Below, piece after piece: positions 1-10,348 of a stretch of DNA of 64,000 bases. The notes beneath the pieces were generated by a model that searched no databases, was not told the origin of the DNA, and worked only from the letters and a program-made list of their open reading frames with translations. The stretch comes from Bdellovibrionales bacterium (GTDB lineage Bacteria; Bdellovibrionota; Bdellovibrionia; Bdellovibrionales; JAUICD01), in assembly GCA_965203275.1 (NCBI GenBank), contig OZ241865.1, forward strand, positions 960,001 to 1,024,000, read 5' to 3'. Numbering within the stretch: position 1 is the first letter of the stretch; each line of letters begins with the position of its first letter. A program made the position numbers and the translations under genes.

Positions 1-170
1 ACGGTCATTGAAATTATTAAAACTTCAAAGGATTGAGTTTATCCAAAGAGGATGATATACGATAATTAATTTCTACTGTTGTAGATTTTAGTTAATGTTA
101 ATTGCTTATCTAAAGATATGAATTGATTCATAAGTGGATATGAAAACTAAAGTTTCCATGATTCCATATT

Positions 171-198
171 AAAAGAGGCCTTATGGTCTCTTTTTTTT
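171..198 (+). terminator. Rho-independent terminator
   Basis: AAAAGAGGCC-TTAT-GGTCTCTTTT hairpin followed by a T8 run. Confidence 0.75.
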
Positions 199-633
199 AG
201 ATGTTGCCCGTGTGCCACTCCACTCATCTTTCAATATGTCTCTTTTTGTTTAATTTAATTGATTTATCAAGTAATTTCAATGGTTTATAGCTGTAACCTT
301 TTTATCTATGGGCTTAATTGAGATTGTTTTTGACTTTTTGAGACATTAAGATATAAACCAAAGCTGTGTGATAAAAGGTATTTCTTGTTTGCTGAATTGT
401 TCAGGTATTTTATAGTTTTTAGGAGTTTTTCAAATCTCTATAAAACTTGCACAATCAAAAGTTTTTGTGGTTATAGTGTGTGAGATTTTTAAAGGAGTGT
501 TTCTTTTAAGACAATGACTTAAGTATACTTTTACAATTATTTTGAGCCTTTTATCTTTCTCATCAATAATACTTTGTCCATTATAATATCTGTATAACCT
601 TATCTTATTTAATTGAAAGGAGAGATAATTTTA

Positions 634-2163
634 ATGCATTTTAAAAACGTTTTAATAAGTGTATCTGATACAACAGGCATTGCAGAGACGGCTTTGAAGT
701 TATCTCAAAGTGGAGCGAGGATTGTGGCCACAAAAGGTACAAGCATATATCTTCAAAAAAAAGGCATCAAAGTGATTCCTGTCTCTGAACAGACAGGATT
801 CCCAGAAGTGATGAATGGCCGTGTTCGCACTTTACATCCTTATATTCATATCCCTTTATTAGCACGTCACAACAACCAGAATGATCAAAAACTTTTAAAA
901 TCAAAAAACTTACAAGCCTTTGATCTTCTGATATGCAATCTTTATCCTTTTGAAGATGCAGTTCAGCAAGGGGTGACTAAAGATATCAGTGAATACATTG
1001 ATATAGGAGGAGTGACACTGCTCCGAGCTGCTGCTAAAAACTTTGAATCTCTTGTTGTCATCTGCGATACAGAAGATTATGCACTGATATTTGATCAAAG
1101 CAGACTTTCTCTACAAAAAAGAAAATATCTTAGTAGCAAGGCTTTTCATCATGTGTCTTCCTATGACGCTGTCATTGCCCAAACACTTAGCATGGACTTT
1201 AATCGAGTTTTCCCTTACATGAGCTTTTCTGGTCAATATCAATCTTCATTAAGATATGGGGAAAATCCAACACAAAAAGGTTATTGGTTTAAACAAAGAG
1301 GAGAGAGCTGGGGATTACATCAAGCCCAAATACTGCAAGGCAAAACATTATCTTATAATAATATTTTAGATATTAATGCAGCAGTAAGAGTATTAAGGAT
1401 TTTTAAAGATCAAACAACTGTGGTTGCAGTCAAACATAATAACCCTTGTGGAATTGCCACAGATAAAGATTCTCTTAAAGCTCTAATGTTATCTTTATCA
1501 GCAGACCCCGTGAGTGTTTTTGGTGGTATTGTAGCTTTGAATGGACGAGTCACCCCAGAAATTGCAGAAAAACTAACTTCTCTTTTTTTAGAATGTGTCA
1601 TCACTTCTAAAGTCGAGCCTGAAGCTTACAAAATACTTCAAAAAAAGAGAAACTTAAGAGTGCTTGTTTGGAAACAAATGTGTGACCCAAGGGCTGATTT
1701 GTTTTCTATTAAAAGTGTTTTAGGAGGTTGGCTACTGCAATCAGAGGATGATGTGCAAGCTTGGTCAAAGCAGTGGCAAATAGTAGGTCAAAAGCCAGAT
1801 GAGCAGATACGTAAAGGAATAACCTTTGCATGGAAAACAGCTGCTTGCCTTAAAAGTAATGCGATAGCTATCACCAATGCAAAACAAACTTTAGGTTTAG
1901 GTATGGGGCAAACCAATCGCATAGATGCAGCAAATCATGCTATTCTAAGATGGAAAACACATCATCCTCACAAGCAAGAAAATGCTATTCTTGCAAGTGA
2001 TGCTTTTTTCCCTTTTACAGATGTGCTTGAAAGGGCATCTCAAGAAGGCATTAAGTGGATTATACAACCTGGAGGATCTATTAAAGATGCTCAAATAATT
2101 CAAAAAGCCAAAAAGCTAGGATTAAATATGATACTCACAGGGCAGAGACATTTTTTACACTAA
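634..2163 (+). CDS. purH: Bifunctional AICAR transformylase/IMP cyclohydrolase
   Basis: Motifs LISVSD, GRVRTLHP, IDIGG, LRYGENP, VKHNNPCG, ASDAFFPF, IIQPGGS, RHFLH; ATG at 634 after AAGGAG. Confidence 0.97.
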   Translation: MHFKNVLISVSDTTGIAETALKLSQSGARIVATKGTSIYLQKKGIKVIPVSEQTGFPEVMNGRVRTLHPYIHIPLLARHNNQNDQKLLKSKNLQAFDLLICNLYPFEDAVQQGVTKDISEYIDIGGVTLLRAAAKNFESLVVICDTEDYALIFDQSRLSLQKRKYLSSKAFHHVSSYDAVIAQTLSMDFNRVFPYMSFSGQYQSSLRYGENPTQKGYWFKQRGESWGLHQAQILQGKTLSYNNILDINAAVRVLRIFKDQTTVVAVKHNNPCGIATDKDSLKALMLSLSADPVSVFGGIVALNGRVTPEIAEKLTSLFLECVITSKVEPEAYKILQKKRNLRVLVWKQMCDPRADLFSIKSVLGGWLLQSEDDVQAWSKQWQIVGQKPDEQIRKGITFAWKTAACLKSNAIAITNAKQTLGLGMGQTNRIDAANHAILRWKTHHPHKQENAILASDAFFPFTDVLERASQEGIKWIIQPGGSIKDAQIIQKAKKLGLNMILTGQRHFLH

Positions 2164-2265
2164 AATAAAAAACTTATTGTATTAACAATAATAACCACTA
2201 CAAGAAACTACAAAAACTACAAGAAAAAGAATAAATTCATCATTAATAATAGAGGGGTATTAACT

Positions 2266-4065
2266 TTGAGCGATCAAGTTTGGATTATTAAAGAAGGTTT
2301 AGAAATTTTTGGTCCTTTTAATCAGGCAGAGATTATTGCTCATATCAATAATAAGGAGATACTAGAGACAGATCAAATTGCAGCACATCTTTCAAAGTTT
2401 CAATTTATGAAAAACTGTGAAGAATTTAGTCTTCTTTTTAGTGATGATGATGATGAAATACAAGGGGTTACTAAAACAGAACACACCACTGATATGGAAG
2501 ATATTAATCCTAGTGTCACAGGTTTTCTCGATGTCACTCTAGAAAAAACAAATCCTAGTCCTGAAAGGACAACTCTACCTGAAAGACTTCCTTTAAAAAC
2601 AAATTCTAAGCGAGTTCCTATTCAAAAGTCACAAACAACACATATAGATTCTAAAACTTTACCTGACACATCTGTTCTGGTTAAGAAAAAAAACAAATAC
2701 TTACAAGCAAGTATGTTTCTTGTAAGTGCAGTTATTGTAGCTGGATGTGTGTTTTATTACATGCAGTTTTTAAAACAAAATATAGAAAGCAAACAAGAAT
2801 TAGAACAAAGAACTTCCAACTACATTCAAAGACATTTGAAACTTGCTATTTTATCTAAAAAAAGTGGAGACCTTGAGGAATCTAAACAACAGTCAAAAAA
2901 TATCTTAAACATGAATCTCAATAATCCAAAAGCTTTTTTTAATTTGGTGGAGACATTCATTATGGAAAAAAACTATCAAGATGCAAGAGAAGAGTTAGAA
3001 AACAAATTACAAGATCATGCTATGTCTTCTATGCAACATGAAATTTATAATTACTTAGCATTGATCGACTTAGAAAATTCAAAACATTCACAAGCAGAGT
3101 CCAATCTAAAATCTGCACTTGCAAAACAACCTTCTTTTGTACCTGCCATTGTCAATCAAGGTACATTTTATTTTTTAAATGAAGCATACGATCAAGCAGA
3201 AGAAGCATATAAAAAAAGTATGACTTATGAGAATATTCCAAAAGGAATGATCCTACTCCATCGAGTTTCTAATGCTGTTGAAAAATATGGAAATTTAGAA
3301 AACAATTCTAGCTCTCTTGAGAAAAAAGGTCAGATTGATAAAAACTCTTTTGAGAAGGATCAAGTTATAGAAGCACTTATAAAGCTTTTACAAGAATATA
3401 GACAAAATGCATATAATTTTAAATTAGAGTCTATACTGGCATTGGCTTTATTGCATTACAAATTAGGTAATGAGGGTATTTCTGAAGATTTATTAAAAAG
3501 TATTTTAGAATTAGACCTTGATTTGACAGATAGACATTTTCAAGATGTGCGATATTTTCAAGAAGGATTGATTTGGGCGAACATAGAGTTTTGGTTTCAA
3601 GATTTTAATTGGAGTAGAGAAACAGAACTGCTTGCAGTGCAAGGATTCTTAATATTCAAAAGAGGAGATGAAGACAGAGGTATGCAGATTGTTGAAGAAG
3701 CACTTAAGCGAGAGTCTGGAAATTATAAAATCCAAACCTTACATGCCTATTTACTTTCAAAAAAAGGCTTTAGTTTTGATGAGGAATTAAAAGAAATGAG
3801 ATTAAAAGAGGTTAATTTCCCTCCACAATTATTATTATCTATGCGTATGTATATGAAAAAGGAAAACTGGACTGCTGTTCAAAATGACTTAAACTCTCTT
3901 CGATCTCTTGATGCTTTCCCCCTTCAGGTTCTCACTGGTTTAGCTCAAATGTATGAGGAGCAACCTGAACGTTCTATTGCTAAAAGATATTTTACAGAAG
4001 CTAAAAAGCTTTCTCAAGATTATAAACCTCTTTTATCCTTAGAAGCTAAATGGGCAAGTGAATAA
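2266..4065 (+). CDS. Membrane-anchored TPR protein with N-terminal GYF_2-like domain
   Basis: W..K....IFGPF....I N-terminus, one TM helix near aa 148-167, multiple TPR-like helices; TTG start after AGAGGGG. Confidence 0.7.
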   Translation: MSDQVWIIKEGLEIFGPFNQAEIIAHINNKEILETDQIAAHLSKFQFMKNCEEFSLLFSDDDDEIQGVTKTEHTTDMEDINPSVTGFLDVTLEKTNPSPERTTLPERLPLKTNSKRVPIQKSQTTHIDSKTLPDTSVLVKKKNKYLQASMFLVSAVIVAGCVFYYMQFLKQNIESKQELEQRTSNYIQRHLKLAILSKKSGDLEESKQQSKNILNMNLNNPKAFFNLVETFIMEKNYQDAREELENKLQDHAMSSMQHEIYNYLALIDLENSKHSQAESNLKSALAKQPSFVPAIVNQGTFYFLNEAYDQAEEAYKKSMTYENIPKGMILLHRVSNAVEKYGNLENNSSSLEKKGQIDKNSFEKDQVIEALIKLLQEYRQNAYNFKLESILALALLHYKLGNEGISEDLLKSILELDLDLTDRHFQDVRYFQEGLIWANIEFWFQDFNWSRETELLAVQGFLIFKRGDEDRGMQIVEEALKRESGNYKIQTLHAYLLSKKGFSFDEELKEMRLKEVNFPPQLLLSMRMYMKKENWTAVQNDLNSLRSLDAFPLQVLTGLAQMYEEQPERSIAKRYFTEAKKLSQDYKPLLSLEAKWASE

Positions 4066-4079
4066 TTAAGGACGTTAAA

Positions 4080-5223
4080 ATGGATCATTTAAAAAATTTG
4101 AGTCATTTATCTACGCAATTTCAAGATATTCAGAAGAGAGTTGAAAATCTTCGGAGGTGTCTTTGACTTACAACAAAAACAAAAACGTATTTCAGAAATA
4201 ACTCAAATGTTAGAAAATCCTAAAACTTGGCAGAATCCTTCTGCAATGCAAGACCTCAATAGAGAAAAATCTTTACTTGAAAAACCTATTCAAGAGTGGC
4301 AACAGCTCCAACCTCTTATAGAAAATACAGAAACTCTTTTAGAGATGATTCGTGAAGTTTCTATAGATACATCTCAAGCTAATCAAAAAGAGATCAATGA
4401 ACTATTTAAGGATTTGCATTTAGAGCTTCAAGCTTTGGAATCTTTGTTACAAAAATTAGATTTAAAAACTATATTAGGAGAGGACATAGATCGAAAGAAT
4501 AGTTATTTAGTCATCCATGCAGGAGCTGGTGGCACAGACGCTTGTGATTGGGTAAGTATATTGTTGCGTATGTATATAAAATGGGCTGATGCACAAGGTT
4601 ATAAAATAACTTATCAAGAAATGACCATGGGCGAAGAAGCTGGTATTAAATCAGTGACAGTGTTTATTCAAGGAGATTATGCGTATGGTTATCTTAAATG
4701 TGAAAAAGGGGTTCATCGGCTTGTGCGTATTTCTCCTTTTGATTCAAATGCTAGGCGACACACATCTTTTGCAGCTGTAGACGTTTACCCTGAAATAGAT
4801 GAAACGATCCATGTAGAGATCAAGCAAGAGGATTTACGAGTAGACACATACAAAGCTAGTGGTGCTGGAGGACAGCATGTGAATAAAACAGATTCTGCTG
4901 TACGCATCACTCATTGTCCAACAGGTGTAGTGGTTCAATGTCAAAGTGAACGTTCACAGCATTCTAATAGGGATCGAGCTATGAAAATGCTTAAGTCTGT
5001 TTTATATGATAAAGAACGTGCTAAAAGAAAAGCAGTAAAGGCACTAGAAAATGCAGAGAAAATGGCTAATGAGTGGGGGAGCCAAATTCGTTCTTATGTC
5101 ATGCATCCTTATCAAATGGTCAAAGATCATCGAACAAATTTTGAAGTAGGTGATGTCAATAGTGTACTTGATGGAAATATCACAGATTTTATCAATGCTT
5201 TTTTAAGAAGGTTGGCTCACTAA
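4080..5223 (+). CDS. prfB: Peptide chain release factor 2, programmed +1 frameshift
   Basis: ATG 4080 reads MDHLKN...LRRCL into CTT-TGA-C at 4161-4167; the +1 frame carries the SPF and GGQ motifs. Confidence 0.97.
4153..4167 (+). promoter_or_regulatory. prfB +1 ribosomal frameshift site
   Basis: GGAGGT internal Shine-Dalgarno then GT CTT TGA C, the canonical RF2 autoregulatory arrangement. Confidence 0.95.
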
Positions 5224-5815
5224 AAGTAAACTGACCTCTGGTCACTTTTGGGTTGCCAGCCGAAGGCTATTCGCCTTCTTAAATGCTGGCAACCTCAAAA
5301 GTCCGTTTACTTTTAGTAGGGAGTTAGTTGTTTCACTCAAAATGAGCCACACCTCTGGTGTGTTTTTGGGCATTGCTCTGACAGCTTACGCTGTCTAAAA
5401 AGAGCAATGCCGCAAAAAACTGCTCATTTTGAGTAGGGAGGATCTCCTCATTTTTTAACATAATGTTAGGGAAACAAGATGTTTATTTCATTTTGATATT
5501 TTGCCTTTGACAAAATAGGCAACACCTAAAAAATCCATTCATTTCAAGTAAGAAAGGATATCCTTGCCACTTAACACCATGTTAAGGAAACAAGATGTTT
5601 AGCCCGACGGCTCTCGCCGTCGATCAAAGGCTAACTGCCTAGAAAATCCATTTATTTTGAGTAGAGGAGGATCCTCTCGTCTCTTTACACGATGTTAGGG
5701 AAACAAGAGTTCTTTCTGATGCCTGTTTGCCGGATCCCAGATCCCGGATCCCAGATCCCAGATCCCGGAAAGAGAATCCTCTCATATTTTTATACCATGT
5801 TAAGGAAACAAGATT
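5217..5815 (+). repeat. Family A structured repeat cluster: one near-complete, one complete and three 5'-truncated copies, plus a GATCCCR heptamer array
   Basis: Unit CAC-P1-P4(CCTCTGG)-TTTTGG-P2-P3-P2'-CAAAA-P1'-AG..GGAT..CCTC..TTAACA..TGTTA(A/G)GGAAA at 5217 and 5330; partials at about 5500, 5598 and 5770; heptamers 5731-5768. Confidence 0.9.
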
Positions 5816-5821
5816 TCCTTT

Positions 5822-6037
5822 TTTTTGTTTTTTTATTTTTTTAGATTCTGCATAACTCTCAAACAAAAAATAATTAGGTGGAGGATGGGGCAGTGGGAGC
5901 CTGGAGATCTTCCGCAAATTGAGCTTGCTCTTTAAAAGCAAGCTCAATTGAGGACTTCGGAAGGCTCACACTGCCCTATCCTCAAGTAAAAACAAAATAG
6001 AAAAGCAGAATCGAAGGGTGGCGGGTGGGGTTAGGGG
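5822..6037 (+). repeat. Family B ~215-bp long-hairpin element
   Basis: Nested inverted repeats GATTCTGC/GCAGAATC, GAGGATGGGGCAGTG/CACTGCCCTATCCTC, CTTCCG/CGGAAG, AATTGAGCTTGCT/AGCAAGCTCAATT; near-identical inverted copy at 58014-58231. Confidence 0.9.
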
Positions 6038-6219
6038 TTTGTTTCACTAAAAGTGAACTGACCTCTGTTTCCCTCAAAGTGAAAGCTGTCTGATGGATAA
6101 AATGCCTAATCTATAAAAAATACCGACCCTACCTCGATCATTGTTTAATTTTTCTTCTGTTTTGCCGATAAAAAATAAAAATGTTTCTATAAAAATAAAT
6201 CTAAAGTCTAGGAAACTCA

Positions 6220-6771
6220 ATGAAAAACACTATTTTATGGCTTATAACTATCGTTTTAATATCAGTACCTTTCAATGGACTAGCTCAATCTAAAAATAAT
6301 AAAGTAAATGCACAAAAAGTTCAAAAAGCAAATAACTCTATTATACCTGATAGAAACTTTAGCTCTCGCTGGAAATTCAAAAGAGACTATGGTGATACCC
6401 TCATCTACACCTCATCGAATAAAGTGCAACTCACAGTCAAATATCAAACAACGCCTTTCAATAGCCATAATTTTACAAAACAGCTCATCTCAAAACAAAG
6501 GAGGCAAAAGAAAAGAATACTAGCTTCTATAGGCATCAAAAATTGGAAAGTCCATCAAAGTCATGTCAAAAAAGGCAAAGAAAAAACATATATTCATTTA
6601 CAAGGTTCTTATACAGATCCTTCTGGTCAAAAAGTATTATTTGTAGAACATCATTTTTATAGTGCTTTTCGACATCTTCAACTTCTTTTAACTCATAATA
6701 AATCTCAAACCCTCCTGAGGAGTTCAAGCTTAGCACATATCAAAGATTTTAGGATAAAATATGGATTTTAA
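6220..6771 (+). CDS. Secreted basic hypothetical protein
   Basis: 183-aa ORF with signal peptide; overlaps the start of the next gene. Confidence 0.75.
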   Translation: MKNTILWLITIVLISVPFNGLAQSKNNKVNAQKVQKANNSIIPDRNFSSRWKFKRDYGDTLIYTSSNKVQLTVKYQTTPFNSHNFTKQLISKQRRQKKRILASIGIKNWKVHQSHVKKGKEKTYIHLQGSYTDPSGQKVLFVEHHFYSAFRHLQLLLTHNKSQTLLRSSSLAHIKDFRIKYGF

Positions 6772-9199
6772 AATAGATTTCCTCAAGCCATTCCTCAAGC
6801 ATTTACTTGTCAGCATTTTATTGATGGCATCCATCGATGTCAATGCCCAAGTCAATGCCCAACAAACTCGTCCTCGCATAGAAATTCCACTTGAAGATAT
6901 AACTGTATCTGTAGATATGGAAGCTGCACGTAACTTTGATGCTAGTCAAATTTCCACTCAACGTCTTAATAATATTCAACACCTTTTAAACCTCCAACAA
7001 ACTGAAATCCAATCAGACCCCATCAAGGTAGAAGCTTTTATTGGACAATTAATGCATGATCGCCAAATTGAGATAGGATTTTTCTCTAAACCGACTATTG
7101 ATCTTTTTATGTCAATGTGTCCTTCAGTTTCTTTATCTGCCAATAGTGGATTGAATACTCTCTGTGAAGTGGTTAAAAATTCAGAAGTCTGTCAAGCTGT
7201 TGAACCAGACGATTTATTGAGTTGTGATGAATTGCATGCAGAGACAATGAGAAACCCTGTTGAATTTTTAGGAGGTTGTACAGAAGGACTATTGGATTCT
7301 GCAAGTCAAATTTTATCTTTTATATGGGATGCCCTCAAACATACTTTCAGTGCGATGATCAGTCCTATAGATACGGCTATTCAACAAAGTCAGGAAGTCT
7401 CTCAATATCTTGCATCTACAAAACTTTATCTTGCTAATGAATACGACAAAGCCTATCAAGAAGCCTCTCCACCTTTTCAAGCAATGAAAGCTGCCAGAGG
7501 TGTTGCTTCTAGTATTGCTAGTTTACTTATAAATAATATTCAAGAGTTTCTTCAAAGTCAGTATCAAGAATTTGGATGCTTAAATTTTCGAGCTAGAATG
7601 GAAACAACTTGTCTCATAGCAGGTGATCTACTGATTCCACCTATGTCGGCTATTCAATTACTTAAATATGGTCCAAAAGCAATCAAAGCATCTTCTCGAC
7701 TCAGTCAGATCATAGCAGAAAAGAAAAGAGTTATACAGACAAGAAGGCTTTCTCGGATAAAAGACCTAGCAGAAAGGAGCCTTAATAAGAGATTAACAAA
7801 TCAACAAGTTCAAGCGATACAGAATGCTCATCTTATAGGTAGAGGGCAACCAGGTGCAGATGGTAGCCCTGCACGTATTGGCAATTACACTTTAGCTCAA
7901 TTAAGAAGAAAAGCAGATATTTTAAAGCAAGCTGGTTTTTCTCCTGCTGAGATCAGAGAGCTTATGGAAGATGGTGTTGTCGGTATTTCTTCCACACGTT
8001 GGGGAAGGCTCATTCATTCCAATAGTTTAAATTATGATCATCGCCCTGAGTATGAGGCATTTCGAAAAGCATTTAATTCTAATAGTATAACGGGTGACAA
8101 TCGATATGTAGAGTTTAATGTTGGAACAGAAAGATTCATAGGTGAGGTCAAAAGCCTTAATCGAAGAAATTCAGAGGTAACCATTGAAACCTTTGACGGT
8201 CAAGTGTTTGAAGTAAAAGGAATAGATGAACTTGAAAAAATAAGTGTTAGTAGTCAGTCTAAATTTTATTTTAAAAGACTATTAGAACTTACAGGAGATA
8301 ATCCAGCAAGAGATGACTTTAGAATAAACTGGAATAGACTTAGCATTGATTATGAACATAATCGATATATTTCTTTTATGTCAGGAAATACGCGACTTCC
8401 TGGAAGAATTATCCAAATGGAAGAAAATAGACTTCTGATTGAGAATCCACAAGGTCAAAGATTTTATATTTCAGGTGATGGCCTTTTACATGTCCAGCAA
8501 AGTTCAAATGCAAGAGATCATTTTAAAAGTTCAGCTCCATCTCCTCTTCTTAATAGGGTTGAATATAATTTTGCAAGTAGAAAATTAAATGATTACCGAT
8601 GGCATGATGGTAGGCTGGTAGAAGTAGATATGCATTCACCTCGCTTGCAAAGATGGGTACGAACAGCAACAGATATTATTACAAAAGAAACAGGCATTCC
8701 TCCTAAGTTAAACAGAGAGCTTTCAACAGAAGAAAGGCATCGTTTGTATGAAGCCTATCTTCGTCGTATTGTACCCATGATCGAAAGTAAAGATAAAGCC
8801 AATTATGCCCAGAAAAGAGGCTGTATTATGCAAGGAGGTAGAGCTACTTTAAGTGAGATTCTTGATAGTCAAGCAGCTGTTTGTAGTGACTTAAGTATGT
8901 TTGCTTCAGTGCTATTATCAGAGTATAATGTAAGATCAAAGATAGTTACTGGAAGGACGAGGGCTGAAACTGCCCCTAGACGTAATGAAAGAGGAGAGGT
9001 TGTCATGGTAGAAGTATCTGAGAACCTCAATAGACATGCTTGGATTCAAATATATGACAGAAATAACAGACCTTTAGAAATTCTGGACAGTAATTACACA
9101 AGAAGTGTACATCCTAATTTTGAAGATTATAGTCAAAACATTAGAGGAGGTGTAAACAGCCATTCAGAACAAGCCTTAGTGAGACCCTTGACCCCTTGA
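6761..9199 (+). CDS. Large secreted protein with C-terminal transglutaminase-like (Cys-His-Asp) domain
   Basis: Signal peptide; C-terminal AVCSDLS...LL..YNVRSKIVTG...HAWIQI...EILDSN pattern. Confidence 0.7.
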   Translation: MDFKIDFLKPFLKHLLVSILLMASIDVNAQVNAQQTRPRIEIPLEDITVSVDMEAARNFDASQISTQRLNNIQHLLNLQQTEIQSDPIKVEAFIGQLMHDRQIEIGFFSKPTIDLFMSMCPSVSLSANSGLNTLCEVVKNSEVCQAVEPDDLLSCDELHAETMRNPVEFLGGCTEGLLDSASQILSFIWDALKHTFSAMISPIDTAIQQSQEVSQYLASTKLYLANEYDKAYQEASPPFQAMKAARGVASSIASLLINNIQEFLQSQYQEFGCLNFRARMETTCLIAGDLLIPPMSAIQLLKYGPKAIKASSRLSQIIAEKKRVIQTRRLSRIKDLAERSLNKRLTNQQVQAIQNAHLIGRGQPGADGSPARIGNYTLAQLRRKADILKQAGFSPAEIRELMEDGVVGISSTRWGRLIHSNSLNYDHRPEYEAFRKAFNSNSITGDNRYVEFNVGTERFIGEVKSLNRRNSEVTIETFDGQVFEVKGIDELEKISVSSQSKFYFKRLLELTGDNPARDDFRINWNRLSIDYEHNRYISFMSGNTRLPGRIIQMEENRLLIENPQGQRFYISGDGLLHVQQSSNARDHFKSSAPSPLLNRVEYNFASRKLNDYRWHDGRLVEVDMHSPRLQRWVRTATDIITKETGIPPKLNRELSTEERHRLYEAYLRRIVPMIESKDKANYAQKRGCIMQGGRATLSEILDSQAAVCSDLSMFASVLLSEYNVRSKIVTGRTRAETAPRRNERGEVVMVEVSENLNRHAWIQIYDRNNRPLEILDSNYTRSVHPNFEDYSQNIRGGVNSHSEQALVRPLTP

Positions 9200-9219
9200 T
9201 CATTTATCCTTAACCATTC

Positions 9220-10310
9220 TTTTCACTCAAAATGCATCATGCCTCTGTTTCCCTAAAATTGAACTAGCCTCTGGCTACTTTTGGGCAGTTAGCCCGACGA
9301 CTGTCGTCGTCGATCAAAGGCTAACTGCCTCAAAAGCTTGTTCAATTTTAGGAAGAAGGATGTCCTCATTTCTTAACACCATGTTAAGGAAAAAGATTTC
9401 CTTCTGATGTTTGTCTGACAGCTATCGCTGTCTAAAAAGAGCAATGCCTCAAAAATCCGCTCATTTTGAGTAGGGCGGATCTCCTTGCTTCTGACACCAT
9501 GTTAGGGAAACAAGATATGCTTCTATTTCACTCAAAATGCATCATGCCTCTGGCTACTTTTGGGCAGTTAGCCCGACGACTGTCGTCGTCGATCAAAGGC
9601 TAACTGCCTCAAAAGCTTGTTCAATTTTAGGAAGAAGGATGTCCTCATTTCTTAACACCATGTTAAGGAAAAAGATTTCCTTCTGATGTTTGTCTGACAG
9701 CTATCGCTGTCTAAAAAGAGCAATGCCTCAAAAATCCGCTCATTTTGAGTAGGGCGGATCTCCTTGCTTCTGACACCATGTTAGGGAAACAAGATATGCT
9801 TCTATTTCACTCAAAATGCATCATGCCTCTGGCTACTTTTGGGCAGTTAGCCCGACGACTGTCGTCGTCGATCAAAGGCTAACTGCCTCAAAAGCTTGTT
9901 CAATTTTAGGAAGAAGGATGTCCTCATTTCTTAACACCATGTTAAGGAAAAAGATTTCCTTCTGATGTTTGTCTGACAGCTATCGCTGTCTAAAAAGAGC
10001 AATGTCGTTCGTTCACTAAAAGTGGTCTAGCCTCTGGCTACTTTCTGGCAATGACCGCGTTTGTCTCACTAAAAATAAACCAGCCTCTGGCTGTTTTTGG
10101 ACAATCAGCCCGACGGCTCTCGCCGTCGATAAAAGGCTGATTGCCTCAAAAATCCGTTTATTTTTAGTAGGAAGAATCCTCTTGTCTCTTTACACGATGT
10201 TAAGGAAACAAGATGTTTACTTCACGTTGGCAAAATGGTCATTGCCTCAAAAATCCGCTCATTTTGAGTAGGGGAGGATATCCTCGTCTCTTGACCGCAT
10301 GTTAAGGAAA
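9220..10310 (+). repeat. Family A cluster including a 279-bp tandem repeat (~2.7 copies)
   Basis: CTGGCTACTTTTGGGCAGTTAGCCCGACGAC at 9271, 9550 and 9829; further copies at about 10012, 10065 and 10225. Confidence 0.92.
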
Positions 10311-10348
10311 ATGTGTCCATGTTGGCTTGCAGTATTGGAATGTTTAAC

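Noticed and set aside
1..36. 3' end of an upstream gene (TVIEIIKTSKD-stop), reminiscent of the EF-Tu C-terminus
   Set aside because: Eleven codons are too few to assign.
5639..5947. Short ORFs inside repeats (5639, 24351, 24357, 36248, 37592, 37947, 50861, 57540, 58155)
   Set aside because: They are translations of family A/B or heptamer DNA (IPDPGS/GSGIWD runs) with no RBS or protein-like features.
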